Shown here piece after piece: positions 1-13,405 of a stretch of 64,000 nt of DNA (positions are counted from its first letter, which is position 1; each line of letters begins with the position of its first letter). The translations under genes were made by a program, and so were the position numbers. The notes under the pieces were generated by a model. It made no database searches. It was given only the letters and a program-made list of their open reading frames with translations, and was not told the DNA's origin. The stretch is from Lingula anatina (taxonomy: Eukaryota; Animalia; Brachiopoda). Location of the stretch: positions 3,410,001 through 3,474,000 of the forward strand of contig CM120640.1 in the NCBI GenBank assembly GCA_051362555.1. Reading direction: 5' to 3'.

Positions 1-2289
1 AGTAGCACGGAGGACATAAAAGACCTCTTTTACGTGTCCACGCTATTTCGTGTTGTGAAAACCGTGTTCCTCATTCTAACATGGGTCTGTCTGGTAAGTG
101 TTGCAAACTTCTACAGTGTCGTCTATTTGCATCTGTAAATTTTTATCTTTTTTTTTCACTTCATTTGCACAATGGACACCATTCCAGGATCATTCTGGGA
201 AAGGAAGAATGCGAAGCAATTCCATCTTGTTCTGCCTTCTCAGCATAAAAAATTTCAAAGAATCGACAGAGAGGAACAAGACCACGTAATTGTCATTGAC
301 GCCAGAGCCGCCTGTGTCTAATTGATTTCAAATAGAATTGACCTCCTACCTCTGAAAAAAAATGCAAATCCTTTATTTTCAATCAATAAATACCGTAAAA
401 TATATGTGTTCTAGGGTTTGTCACTGGAAATCTCGGGGCCGACCATGCAGGACCTCATTCTGCGCACTGGCACCAACTATGAGGAAGTGTCTCGTGCCAT
501 ATCTGGACGCAGCGCGGGTTTCTTCACCGGGGCGGTGATCGGGGGGTTCCTGGTGGACAAACTGCGTCTGTACTGCGACCTGATGATCGGAGTTAGTTTG
601 GTGATTATGTCAGCCGGGTCAGTGGCCGTACCATGGTCACCTTGGACAGGACTTATATGGTTCATATTTTTCCTGCAAGGAACGTGTGAAGGGGTCATCA
701 ACATAGGTTAGTTAATTATCCATTATCCATGTTTCTCCACCCATTATGATAGCAAGGGCAAAGGGGTCGTTCTACTGATAAATATCACAAGTCTTATTGA
801 GGATAGATTTTGAAGGTAGTTTCGTTAGTCGGTAAAAATTCTTCAAAAGTGTAATATGAGTACTACACAATATGGTCTGTCTTCTTTAAAAAGATGTTGT
901 TGATCTACAATCATTGCTAAATTGTTTGCCTTAATTTGGATATTATTATGCGTTGTGTTAGAGTGCCTTGTTGTATATTCTTTGGCACTTAGTCTTAGTT
1001 CTCTAACCTTGGTTTTGGTAGTTCCCAAGGGCCATGGAATGGTAAAGGTTTTTTCTTTCTCTTAAAAGAGATTGCAAATTTTATCAAGGTTGGGAGTATA
1101 ATTTAGTCATGTCATTTGCACATTGTCATTTTGTTTCTTTGCAGCGGGACAAAAACTGATTTTATCCATCTGGGGAAAGAACGCTGCCTCCCCACTCCAC
1201 GTGTTACACACGGGCTTTGGCGTCGGCTCGATGATCGTTCCCCTGATCGCCAACCCATTCCTTGCCAACATACAGACAACAACCCTCACAAATACTTCAA
1301 TGAACATAACGTCTGTGTTTACCACCGCCCTGCCCCCTACACTTTCAAGTTTGGAATACACGACAGACGCCACAATCTCGACTACGATAACTCGCGTCCT
1401 AAGGGAATCCCGGATTGAATATGCCTACTTAATCGTTGCCATCCTCGTCACTACTCTCTCCCTTGCCTTCTTCGTGTACCAGTGGAAATATTCCGAGTAT
1501 GTCCTCCATCCTGCTGACCACGAAACTGAAAGTAAGAAGAGAGTTCATGGAGTCAAAGAATTTATCCGCATCATCAATCCGGCCACCTGCGCCGATGGTA
1601 ACTTTTGTTTTGGGCTCCAAATGTTCATACTGTTATCTCTTCATTTTTTCAATGCGGTAGGCGGGGAAAGACTGTACGGTAAGTTCATCCGATCCTATGC
1701 CATAGATCAGCTCAACTTCTCAGGGGACGAAGCAAGCTACTTAAATGTAGTTTTCTGGATCAGCTTCTCTGTTGGCCGCTTCTCCGGGTTCATCGTAGCC
1801 CACTGGGTCCCTGTCCGCTTTTTGATCATTATAGAGGCAGCCGGCGTCTTAATTTCGGCAATCCTGTTGAATATATGGGGGCATACCGAGCCCCTCATGC
1901 TTTGGATCTTCACCCAACCAATGGCGTTCTTCATCGCACCTCTGTTTCCCTCAGGTATTGCATTGGGTGACCATTACGTAGAAATGAGCGGCCTGGCCAT
2001 TACAGTGCTACTTCTTGGTGGATCTATCGGTGGAATTGCTTACCTCTTCCTCATCGGCTATTTGTATGAGAACTTTGGGCCGTCGATGTTCATGTACAAC
2101 GTGTTGGGGTACGCTATAGCCGTGGTGGTGATGGTTGCCCTGCTCAGTGTTGTTGGCCACTTGCACGGAGATCGGTACCAGCGTGAGGATGAAACAGAAC
2201 GAAGTATCGGGGATATGAAGAAAATGGACAAACTAGAATACGCGGCAGATAACCCTCAAATGTTGTCTTACACCAATACTGCACTGTAG
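1..2289 (+). CDS. MFSD4/sodium-dependent glucose transporter 1 (NaGLT1)-like MFS transporter, copy 1 (5' partial)
   Basis: Exons <1-93, 415-706, 1145-2289 with GT-AG introns in compatible phases (0,1). Multi-TM protein with GLSLEISGPTMQDL, GAVIGGFLVDK, LHVLHTGFGVGSMIVPLIA, ESRIEYAY and FWISFSVGR motifs typical of MFSD4/FucP-like MFS. Structure is identical to copy 2. Confidence 0.88.
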
Positions 2290-3885
2290 CTGTGACACGT
2301 GTTGCTGTAAAAAGACGACGACCATTCTTGGTGTTGAGGTGGTGATTACTGAAAATTTCAAGAATTTCTTGAGTGCACTAAATTTTTCATAGAAACCATC
2401 AGTATCTTTTGACATATTTTGTTGAATTTTTCTATAATTACGGAACCTTGGTGCAAAAGAAAAGGCTAAAGCTGTCACGGTAATGTGTAAAATACCCATG
2501 CTTGACCATGGCGGGGTCGAGCATTTTATAGAGCCGATTAACATTGATGAAATGCCATTATAGGTGGACGGATATTCTCAGTTTTAATGTGAATAATCAT
2601 GGCTCTTTAAACGAAATGTGTACATGTACCGTATGTGTAAAAGTTATTAACATAAAGTTATTGAGAAAATTTGAGACGATCTGCTCTAGACTGAACTGAT
2701 TGAGAAATTGAAAAGCTTGATTTTGCATGTATCGTCAGACTATAGTGCTTCTGTGAATATATCGCAGGAAATACTGCTAGAGGGTGAATTTAAGGACTTA
2801 AATATTGTAGTCAAGGCGGGCCTGCTTCCCCTATGTGGACATGTAGCCTTTATTGTGCAAGAAACAAGTATTGTTATTTTAATTACTGTGCGTTTATTTT
2901 ATTCAATAGGCTATATTTGATACTTGGTACGATGAACGGGTCACCCTAGGTTAAAGATTTTCAAAATCTTTTGCAGAGTGGCACCAAATATATGGTCAAA
3001 ATACAGAAAATATTTTGAATGTTCATTTTTAGTGACGAAAATACAAGAAATTAAAATTTCTACTTAAAATAACATATATAATACTGTATAAAATAACATT
3101 TATTCTGCATCTTTAAGTTGGATTGTGCATGTACATGCACTATAAAAGAGCGACAAAAGTAGCTAAAACACATGACATTGTCAACTTAAACATATAACAA
3201 GAATTCAATGTTGAAAATGTGAAATCAACCAGTACTTTTAAAATAAAGACTAGACAAATAATGAGATAAGATTTTCCAAATCATTATTATTCGCTTATTT
3301 TTTCTTAATTTTCTGACTGATAATTGAAAACAAGGATTCAAATCGTGTTTTAATAACTTTTAATAATTTCTTTAGTGTCATTGCGGCATCACTTCTTTAA
3401 TTGAATTAACCTCATTAAGCCCAGAAAAATACATGGTTGATTCTAAGTCATACAACAGCCAATTAAAGCGCAATTTGGATGTCCATATATATTCCACATT
3501 ATTATCTGGGAGATAGTTATAAGCCCCAAAAAGGAAGCTCATTTCAGCGTCTAGTCACAGCAACGGTCGGTGGTACCGGTACATCTGGCTTCACCTGGCT
3601 GCTACCATAGCTCTCAAGTGGCAAGGCATTCCTTCTGACATGTTTCTTAGAGTTTGCTCTGGAATAAGATTCCGGGTATCGATCAGAGCTTTCCCAATTT
3701 GACCCCGGTTTATTTTAAGACGACTAGGACGTTGACTCTGCGAGGGAAGTCAACCTACAGATTGTCTATAGGGCTAAGATCTGGTCATATTGATGGCCGC
3801 GATAACTCCTCAGAGCCTTAATTGGTTCTGCAAGTAATCTGCAAATACTAATTAATGCTTTGTGTTGACGGGCATTTTCATCCTA

Positions 3886-4830
3886 CACTGAGAATAAAAT
3901 CGGAGTCCAAGTGACTCCAAACTTGGAGTCCAGCAGTGGTGCCTAAAATAACTCCCAATTGGAGTCAAGTTGACTCCGATGGAGAAATGCCATTCCAGAC
4001 CCCACAGGAGGGTCACAATTGACTCCATTCACACATCCATTCATCCCTTGATTTATCCCTACAAAAGATTCAGCATGACCCCACATTAAGGAAATTTTGA
4101 CTCCTTGGCACATCATGAACAAAACAACAACAACGGTGCCAAGGGGAGAGACAACAAGTGTCGTTCATTTCAGATGGTTGTGTCCCCGGACGGACTCCAA
4201 CCCACGTCCTCCCGCTCCTGAGGCGGACAGCCTAACCACTAGACCATGTTAGTCACATGTGGTGATAAAAGAGCAATAACAAACAGTTTGTACATCTGGT
4301 AATAAACGACATATATATCTACTACAAATATACCAATGACATGCATTGGTAGGTCAAACCTACTACCTGGAAACAAACCCTGATGGCCTGTATACCAACA
4401 TATCACATAAAGGGTGTGGCAACTGAAAGTCCGGGCCAGTAATAATTAAGTGCACGAGTTCTGCATGCAGAATCACATAGAAAAGCACTTGTTCATGCAT
4501 AAAACCAACTATGGCCAATAAAGTAATGTTTATACTGACAAAGGATGATGCTCACTGCCATCACAAGTAATGGAACGAAGCTTACTGTCCAGCGAGCGAA
4601 AAGAGTCTGTGAAAAGCGTCAGCCAGACACTTGTCCCCGATATTTGACTCAGATTTTAGAGTCAGATTGACTCCATGAGAGCCAGGGGGTGATTGACTCT
4701 GATAAGAGAGTCTAAAGCTCTGGTAGTGGGGTAATTTGACCCATACATAGGTGTCATATTATCTCCATGAGGGTCAAGAGGTGCTGGACTCTGACTAGAG
4801 AGTCAAATGACTCCAATTTTATTCTCAGTG
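3886..4830. mobile_element. Non-autonomous DNA transposon (MITE) with CACTG termini, probably CMC/EnSpm-like
   Basis: TIRs CACTGAGAATAAAAT(C/T)GGAGTC at 3886 and ending 4830, with TA on both sides (3884-3885, 4831-4832). Many subterminal GACTCC/GGAGTC motifs in both orientations. It splits the Tc1 remnant just before the QDENAR motif. Confidence 0.85.
4181..4253 (-). pseudogene. tRNA-like / tRNA-derived SINE-head sequence inside the MITE
   Basis: Minus strand TGGTCTAGTGGTTAGG (A-box/D arm), stem-loop TCCGC-CTCAGGA-GCGGG, 5-nt variable loop AGGAC, GGTTGGAGTCC (degenerate B-box). T-stem and acceptor stem are mismatched, so it is not a functional tRNA. Confidence 0.6.
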
Positions 4831-5349
4831 TATAAAATAAAAGTGTTCCTGATGTGCCCTCTAACAAATGGTAGGAAGGTGGTTGCCAGAATATTCCCAA
4901 ATTAACGTGGTTTTCGTCGGTAATCACCATTGGCGTTTTCGCACTAACATAAATTCCACTCCACAAACTGATGCTGTCACCGCCCCCAGTCACTGTAGGA
5001 GCGACACACGCACGCCTTGTCGTAGGTTTCCTCGGGGTGTCTATGCAGTCTCATTTGAAGACTAAGGCGGTACAAACGGAATCTGGCCTCATGTCGAAAG
5101 CCACATGGTTCCTGTGATGTAAAAAGTTGATGGCTCCCAAACCATTCAGAGAAAAGAACAACGATGTTGTGTAGTTCACAGTGGCTTCCTCAGAAGTTGT
5201 CTGGTATAGTAACCTGTTGCAATCAGTCTGGAGTTCACAGAGGGCAATGAAAACGCTTTCTGATGGCAATCTCCCCTTCTTTCTCAACTGACTAGGTGGC
5301 CTTTATTTAGTTGTAGCAGAACCGTCAGAACAGTGGGTACGTTTCTTAG

Positions 5350-6060
5350 TGGAAAGATTTGAACACATTGGGCTTGGCCTCTCTGTAAGGGTCTGGCCAT
5401 ACCTCTGTAACACTGTGTGGAGCGTTCCTTGCGAAACAAAAAACTGTTTGGGTCGCTGGGAGCATCTGTATCCGGGGTGGTATTCAAGTTGGTATCAAAA
5501 CTACATTGGTAGACATCGATGGAAACCTGAACCAGATCGGATACAAGAATATTTGGCAAACTAATTAACTGGCTCCCATTTGCCAGAAGGCATCTCAGGA
5601 ACAATTTCAATTTACAAGATGAAAATTCCCATCCACAAAAAGCAATTGTATTGGCAGATTACTTGCAGAACCAAGGGACTGAGCAGCTACCGCGGCCATG
5701 AAGAGAACCAACTGAACTCCATAGACAACCTGGTGAATTGCTGAATTATCGGCCTACTGGCACTACAGCAGTACAACAAATCGTAAACAAATTAGCCTGG
5801 AATATTATTCCTGATCAAATTTTAGGAAACGTGTCAGAAGTAATACCCTTACGCTTGAGAGCCCTGGTTGCAGCCACGAGGCCAGAATCACATCTGACCG
5901 TTGCTGTGCTAAGACCATGATATGAACGTCCTTTGTTGGGTCTATAACATTTTCACAGATGATAATTTGGAAAATATGGAGATCGAAATAACGTTTTTTT
6001 ATGGTTGTTATATGACTTAGAATCGGCCATGTATTTTTGCTTGTTTAATTATGTGAATTC
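5350..6060 (+). mobile_element. Decayed Tc1/mariner transposon remnant B (3' half)
   Basis: Plus-strand fragments GGIQVGIKTTLVDIDGNLN, LQDENSHPQKAIVLADYLQNQG and LNSIDNL. Its 3' non-coding tail (5890-6060) aligns by eye, in reverse complement, to 3400-3590. Confidence 0.72.
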
Positions 6061-8013
6061 AGTTTTAAAAAACTGGTGTAACATTTACACTTTAATATAT
6101 CGAAAGTTATTAAAACGCGATTGAAAACTGCATTCATTCATTAGTCGAAAAAATTGGAAAAAATTTGAAGAAAAATTCTTTAAAAATGCAGTTTAAAAAA
6201 CTTTAATTTATCGAAAATTTATTAAAACACGATTAAAAAATTGCTTCCATTTACTAGTAAAAAATGGTTTGGGAATAATCCATGAGAAATGTCAAGGCAG
6301 TATAGGAGCAGTGTACACATGTATGTACGGTGTGCATAGGCATTGTAAACGTGCATCAAGATGCTCGAGTTCGGTGCTTTGGGCGATAAAACATCCCATG
6401 TTTGACTACTTCGAACAACGTTGTTTTTCAAGTGAACTGATCAGCTTTTCAAAGACGCTGGCTCTTCTCTTAGGAGTTGTTGGCAAGACTAAAATAGCCT
6501 TTTTGACAGCACGTTTTTCAGTAGATGCTGGCGTTTGGTTGTGTGAGAAGCCGTTTTATTCTTGTTACGTCCACTGTCATTCAGTTTGACTTTCATTCAT
6601 TCGTCTTTTCTTCAGAGTATGTTTGCATACATTTAAATTTTCAGGTTCCCCTTTTCTTTTCTTTGTTGGCCTTTGTTCATTGTCATCCATGTTTGATACT
6701 TCATTCACTGAGAGAATTTTAATTGTACTTTGTTAATTATGCACGTATTGTAGTGCCCGTATATCAAACAAATAAGTCCATAGAATATTAATCCATACAC
6801 AGTTTATTATTTTGCAATTAGTTATATTTGGCTAAATATTCAAAGAAATATTGTTCATTTTGAATGCAAAGAATAGCATCTTTACTGATATTATTTCTTT
6901 GCAGAATTTCTTGCCTGACAATTATCAATTAGTATCAGTTTATCGCATATATTTATATTCAATGTTTTTTCTAAACATCATAAGACATGAATACATTTTA
7001 TATAATCTACACCAATATCTTGTACCATATTTTGAAGTTTTATCATCATTGATAAGTAGCCAGTTATCCAATGGTTAATGTATACCTTGGGGGTACGGAC
7101 ACTACATTTAGCACCAAATTCTTGCATATCTTTTCATAATAAGGGGTTATGTACTATTTTCTTCCTGCAAAATAAATGTCAGTGTGGACATACATTAATA
7201 ATAAAATCAGACAGAATATGCTGTGATTCCTTAATAAAACAGATGGGGGTAGGGGAGGGGGGGTACGGACACTACAAAAATTGGGAGACACCAAGGGGCT
7301 CATGATTATAAATACATGTGTCATAGCAATATTAATAATGGTTGCATATGCACAACTCCTTTATTATGTTTAAGTCATAACATGGTATATTAATCTTATT
7401 ATCCCGCAGGCATTTTCAAAGTTATATTTGGCCTGATCAAATATGTTTTTCATTGCGTCAACAAAAATTAATAAAATATGTATTAAAGTCTGTTTAAGCA
7501 AAATGGTTAAAAGAATTTTTCTCGGAATACATCTTTGGAAGAACCTGCTAAAAGAGAAGTCATATGTTGTTGGAATTATAGACCAATATCATATTTACCG
7601 TAAATCATTGACATAAAGTGCATCACATCTATGACCTTAATTGCAAATGACCCATCGTAACAGCTAAATATACATACTTGTCAAACACATAATTGGCTAT
7701 ATTTTTGTGAATTGTAGTCCGATTACCATAATTATTTTTATTTATTTATTTATTTATTTTTATTTTTTATTTTTTTGGCTCCTATGAGCAGTGTCTTTGA
7801 TATCTTTCTGTCACCAATCATAAATCGCTAATTTATCAGACACTTGTAACATTAACCACATTTAATTGTTCACCCTGATAGTGAAAGAGCCGATAATGTC
7901 TCAATTAACGAAGGACAATGGATAGTATACGAGATAAGACAATCTTATACAACACACTCATACAGGCCCCAAAATTAGGTTAAACAAGGTCAAAACTAAA
8001 AGCTGAACACAAG

Positions 8014-8917
8014 ATGGACGAAAAGCCGAATCCGGGCGTTGAAAGCAGTTCTGAGGACATAAAAGACCTCTTTTACGTGTCCACGCTATTTCGTGTTGTG
8101 AAAACTGTGTTACTCATTCTAACATGGGTGGGTCTGGTGAGTGTTGTTAACTTTTATAGTGTTGGCTATTTTACGAATCTTTTCTTGATCACATTATTTG
8201 CACAACACAATCTGTTCTAGGATTATAGTGGGGTAAAGAGAGTATGCAGCAAGGTGCGCCCTTGAACAAACTCCAGTTTGTTTTGCTTTCATGTCAAAAA
8301 AGGACTTTCAGGAAACCAGGAAAGAAATGAACAAGACCACGTATTTGACATCTACCCTACATCCGCCTCTGCCATTATACTTTTGAGTAAAAGTAAACAT
8401 TGGTTTATTTTCTATCAATAAATACAGTAACCTATATGTTCTAGGGTTTATCACTAGAAATCTCGGGGCCGACCATGCAGGACCTCATTCTGCGCACTGG
8501 CACCAACTATGAGGAAGTGTCTCGTGCCATATCTGGACGCAGCGCGGGTTTCTTCACCGGGGCGGTGATTGGGGGCTTCCTGGTGGACAAACTGCGCCTG
8601 TACTGCGACCTGATGATCGGCGTTAGTTTGGTGATTATGTCGGCCGGGTCAGTGGCCGTACCATGGTCACCTTGGACAGGACTTATATGGTTCATATTTT
8701 TCCTGCAAGGAACTTGTGAAGGGGTCATCAACATAGGTAAGTTAATTATTCATTATCCATGTATCTCCACCCAAAATGATAGCAAGGGCAAAGGGTTCTA
8801 CTGATAAATATCACAAGTCGCATTGAGGATAGATTTTGCACCTCTTGTTTGAGGAGTTTTGGTAGGTGGTCAAAATTCTCCATAAGTTAGTGTAACATGA
8901 GTACTACGCAATGTGGC

Positions 8918-8964
<47 letters not shown>

Positions 8965-10681
8965 GTTGAGATACCCCCAGTAATATCGATACTTGAACTG
9001 TATAATGGTTTCGAATTCGAATTTGCCTTAATTTTGATATTATTTTGCGTTTTGACAGAGTGTTTTGTTGTAGGCCTATATTCTTCGGAACAAAGTCAAA
9101 TTGTAGATGCTAAATAGATCGTTCTTAGTTTTTTCTCTATATTTGGTTCTGGTGATAGTTCCCAAGAGCCAATGAAAGGGTTAAGGTGTTTTCTTTCTCT
9201 TAAGAGATTTTAACATTTGATCAAGGTTATGAATACAATTTAGGCAAATTATTGTAATGAACACCCAAACATAAAAGCCCGATAATTACTTGCCTTTGGG
9301 ATTGATTAAGTAACATGTTAGACTTTAGAAGATTACCTTGGTTGTGATCTTTCTTCAATTTTCAAGGACTAAGATATATTGTTCAAGAAAAGTTGTTGTC
9401 ACTAGGCTTATCATTTTTCAATATTTTGTTTCCTTTACATGTATTTCCTTATTTGGTGGTAGGGGGGCTTCCTTACAGCCTCTCTCTGAATCTCTATATG
9501 TAACTAATTTGACATCGTCATTTTGTTCCTTTGCAGCGGGACAAAAACTGATCTTATCCATTTGGGGAAAGAACGCTGCCTCCCCACTCCACGTGTTGCA
9601 CACGGGCTTTGGCGTCGGCTCGATGATCGTTCCCCTGATCGCCAACCCCTTCCTTGCCAACATACAGACAACAACCCTCACAAATACTTCAATGAACGAA
9701 ACCTTTATGTCTACCACCGCCCTACCCCCTACAATATCAAGTTTGGAATACACGACAGACGCATCAAACTCGACTACCGTAACTCGCGTCCTAAGAGAAT
9801 CCCGGATTGAATATGCATACTTAATCGTTGCCATCCTCGTCAGTGTTCTGTCCTTTGCCTTCTTCGTGTACCAGTGGAAATATTCCGAGTATGTCCTCCA
9901 TCCGGCTGACCACGAAACGGAAAGTAAGAAGAGGGTTCATGGAGTCAAAGAATTTATCCGTATCATCAATCCGGCCACCTGCGCCAATGGTAACTTTTGT
10001 TTTGGGCTCCAAATGTTCATATTGTTATCTTTTTATTTTTTCCAAGCAACAGGTGGAGAAAGACTGTACGGTAAGTTCATCCGATCCTATGCCATAGACC
10101 AGTTCAACTTTTCCGTGGACGAGGCAAGTTACTTAAATGTAGTCTTCTGGATCAGCTACTCTCTTGGTCGTTTCTCCGGATTCATCGTAGCCCACTGGGT
10201 CCCTATCCGCTTTTTGATCATTATAGAGGCAGCCGGCGTCTTAATTTCGGCAATCCTGTTGAATATATGGGGGCACACCGAGCCCCTCATGCTTTGGATC
10301 TTCACCCAACCAATGGCGTTCTTCATCGCACCTCTGTTTCCATCAGGTATTGCATTGGGTGACCATTACGTAGAAATGAGCGGCCTGGCCATTACAGTGC
10401 TACTTCTTGGTGGATCCGTCGGTGGAATTGCTTACCTCTTTCTCATAGGCTATTTGTATGAGAACTTTGGGCCGTCGATGTTCATGTACAACGTATTGGG
10501 GTTCGGTATAGCCGTGGTGGTGATGGTTGCCCTGCTCAGCGTTGTGGGCCACTTGCACGGAGATCGGTACCAGCGTGAGGATGAAACAGAACAAAGTATT
10601 GGGGATATGAAGGAAGTGGACAAACTAGAATACGCGGCAGATAACCCTCAAATGTTGTCTTACACCAATACTGCACTGTAG
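8014..10681 (+). CDS. MFSD4/NaGLT1-like MFS transporter, copy 2 (complete)
   Basis: Exons 8014-8136, 8445-8736, 9537-10681. ATG MDEKPNPG, GT-AG introns in phases 0 and 1, stop TAG. Exon 2 encodes the same peptide as copy 1. Confidence 0.9.
8921..8957. repeat. (TA)n microsatellite
   Basis: Perfect TA run in intron 2 of MFS copy 2; absent from the corresponding intron of copy 1. Confidence 0.95.
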
Positions 10682-13405
10682 ATGCAATATTTAGTGTTAT
10701 TGTTAAGGGCCGATGATTCCTTTGACGATTGCTGAGAATTTCATGAAATTCTTTTTAGCAAAACCATCTATCTTTCATAGAAACCACCAATGTTTTTGAA
10801 GTGCCTTTAAAATACTTATGCCAGCCTTATGCCATGTAAAAATTACCCATGCTTGACCATGACAGATATTCGCAAATTTAGTTTGAATAGACATGGCTCC
10901 TTCGGAATGTGTTATGTTAAAGTGAGAGTTGAAAAGGATAAAATTTAAGACTATCAGATCTAGAGTAATTGATTCAAAATGTAAAAATAAGTTCAGCTTG
11001 ATTTTGCCTGTACCGTGCACTATACTGCTACCGCGAATGTAAATAATTAACGTTGAAAAAGGAGGCGAATTTTCGAACATTACTGCTGCAGTCGTGGTGG
11101 ACTTCCCTGGCATATGCAAATGTTAAGATGTAATATTTAGTGCGCAATAGATTTTTGTTGTTGTTATTGTTATTGCAAGATTAATTCTTTTAAGCTATTT
11201 TTTAAATTTTGCTACCATGTCCGGGTCACCTCATTAAAAACATTAATTATAACTCGTAAAAGGGCACCAAACAAAATTCTTTTTTGAATATTTAATCTTT
11301 TAGCAGCTTAAACAAAAAAACTTTCTAGGCAAAATAGCATATATTGTATTGTATTGTATTGTATTGTATTGTATTCATATACGCCTTGTAACTAAATATC
11401 AATATGCTGCAAAGTTGAAACATTCCATATAAAAGATTTAGACCAAGAGATGTAAAAGGTGACAAATGGCTTTTAGAATTGAGACTGAGACTGATCAAGC
11501 TATGATGACTAGTATAGTAAAAGTGCCATACTTAACGAATTCTGCTCAACTCAACACTATTCAAAAGTAAAAGGCATCGGTTTTGGGCTTTTCTAAGTTT
11601 AAATTCTTGTTGACATATTCATGATCAATTGTTGTTAATAAAGCACACGGGGAACGAAAAGATGTTAGATTATATCTTTTTTTTTTTTTTTGGGGGGGGG
11701 GGTTCGCAATTTTGCCGATGAAATTGCGATTTACCTTTTTTAAAGAATATGACGGAACTCTTTTTCCGTTATCAAATTGTAGTATAACTTACGATGTCGC
11801 TGTAGGGCCTATTTGTTTTCAATGCTGCTCAATGCTGCTACAAGATGACAAAATGAAAATGACATTTATGATGTATAATGGTATTTCTAATATTCTTATT
11901 AACCATGATTAACAGGCATTTCGCAGAATGTTAGATGCTCATGTAGATTAAAACTCCCTTTCCCTATCAAACCTATGAAGCCGAATCTACCGTTTTATTT
12001 ACATTCTCGATGCTTGCTCATTAAAAAGATGCATTGAGTCAAATGCCTGTTGGTGCATGTAAAATATTTTCGCCACTTGGTTAGCAGGTCGATGTGACTT
12101 ACAGTTAGTAAGGGCAACTAACGCACTGGAATCTTTTCAACCAAGCATTTACTGGGAGAGGTGGAAGTTCATATAGCAGGTCTCGGCACGCGTTTCAACA
12201 CGTTCGACGGCTCTGGTTGTTCTCGTACAAATTCATTCCAAACGTGTTTTTTTGTTCAATTTATTTTAATTAAATTTGCAGAGGCCACAAATTTGGTTAA
12301 TTTATGAAAATTAACGAAGATGATAATTGCATTGACGTTTGTTTGCGGACAGTCTGTCACGAGAGCAGACAAATCTGGTTAATTATCTCTATGACAGAGG
12401 ATGAAGGTTTGGATAGTTGTACTGGTTTTTGTCTTTAGGCATTCATCAGTTAATCAACGTGTTTTGTTGACGTATATCCGATTAACTCTAAGGAGACATA
12501 CGGGAGATGGTCGTCATGTGGACGTATTTTTTTTAATAAAGTAATTAGGTCTCTCGTCAGTCATTTGACTAAGGTAATCTAAGATTGAGTGATTGTTTAA
12601 ATGTATGAAATTAAGCTAAAAAACAAAATATATTTTAAAAAATAAATGTATAAAGTAAAACGTATCGCTGAAAAGAACGCGGGAAAACAAAAGGTGTGAC
12701 CTTTGCCATAGCCTAAGACTCTCATTGTTTAAAATCGTTTCAAACGCGGTCTGTCTACGTCCCTTAATCGACCAAGCGCGCGACACCAGGGCAACAGGCT
12801 AAAAGGACACTGATATTTGAGTCCCTGTCTAATACGTTTCGAAGAAATCCTCATTAGACTCGACATCCTGACCAAATCACTTCAGCAATAGAAAATTCGC
12901 AACAGAAAATTCAAACAACAAGTGCAGCATTAGTCATAATAAGCCGATAATGGTAAAACATTTTATTGTTGTTTTTCATGTACCCCGCACGTGCTCTGAT
13001 GCCTGGACCAGATAGAACGCGGTGACATTTGTCATGGAATGGCCTGGGCGTGAGGAGATAACACTATATATCCCCCCATTCTCTTCCTAACGCTCTAGAT
13101 TCAACACCTATTGATCTCCTAACCAGTGTCAGTGACTCTCTGTGGGCCATTATCCGCAATTCAATAGGTTGTGTTTTTTCGCTGGAGGTGATGTTCCTCT
13201 AGAATATCGGGGCAATCTTCTCAGCGCTATGTTCACCACTTCCGGTGTGCTGCCTCAGAAACTGTTAGCGCGGCACGTCAGCGGCAGTTAGGGGTACCGA
13301 CAGATCTTGCCCTTGCCATTTGTAAAGAACCCGAACAGCACAGGGACAGACATCAACGCTGGCAAAATGTCCATTTTATTTGCTAAACGCCCCTCCTCCT
13401 GGCTC

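Larger units (their letters stand above)
3400..5340 (-). mobile_element. Decayed Tc1/mariner transposon remnant A (interrupted by a MITE)
   Basis: Minus-strand frameshifted fragments: NHVAF..DEARFRL, GGGDSISLWSGI (cf. GGGSVMVWG), QDENARQH (cf. QDNAxxH) and PDLSPIDNL (cf. SPDLNPIENLW). Boundaries are approximate. Confidence 0.75.

Noticed and set aside
4181-4253. Functional tRNA-Leu(CAG) or tRNA-Sec gene
   Set aside because: Acceptor and T stems do not pair, the T-loop lacks TTCG, and there is no long variable arm as Leu/Sec tRNAs require.
6420-6720. Minus-strand peptide RAVKKAILVLPTTPKRRASVFEKLISS resembling a DNA-transposase N-terminal region
   Set aside because: Short, broken by stops, with no TIRs or catalytic motifs found; too weak to call.
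1-10681. MFS duplication as an assembly artefact (uncollapsed haplotypes)
   Set aside because: Introns and flanks are substantially diverged and the amino-acid changes are clustered, which fits true paralogues.
13333-13352. RE1/NRSE-like motif ACAGCACAGGGACAG upstream of the peptide gene
   Set aside because: Half-site spacing is one base short of consensus, and REST is not expected in this lineage.
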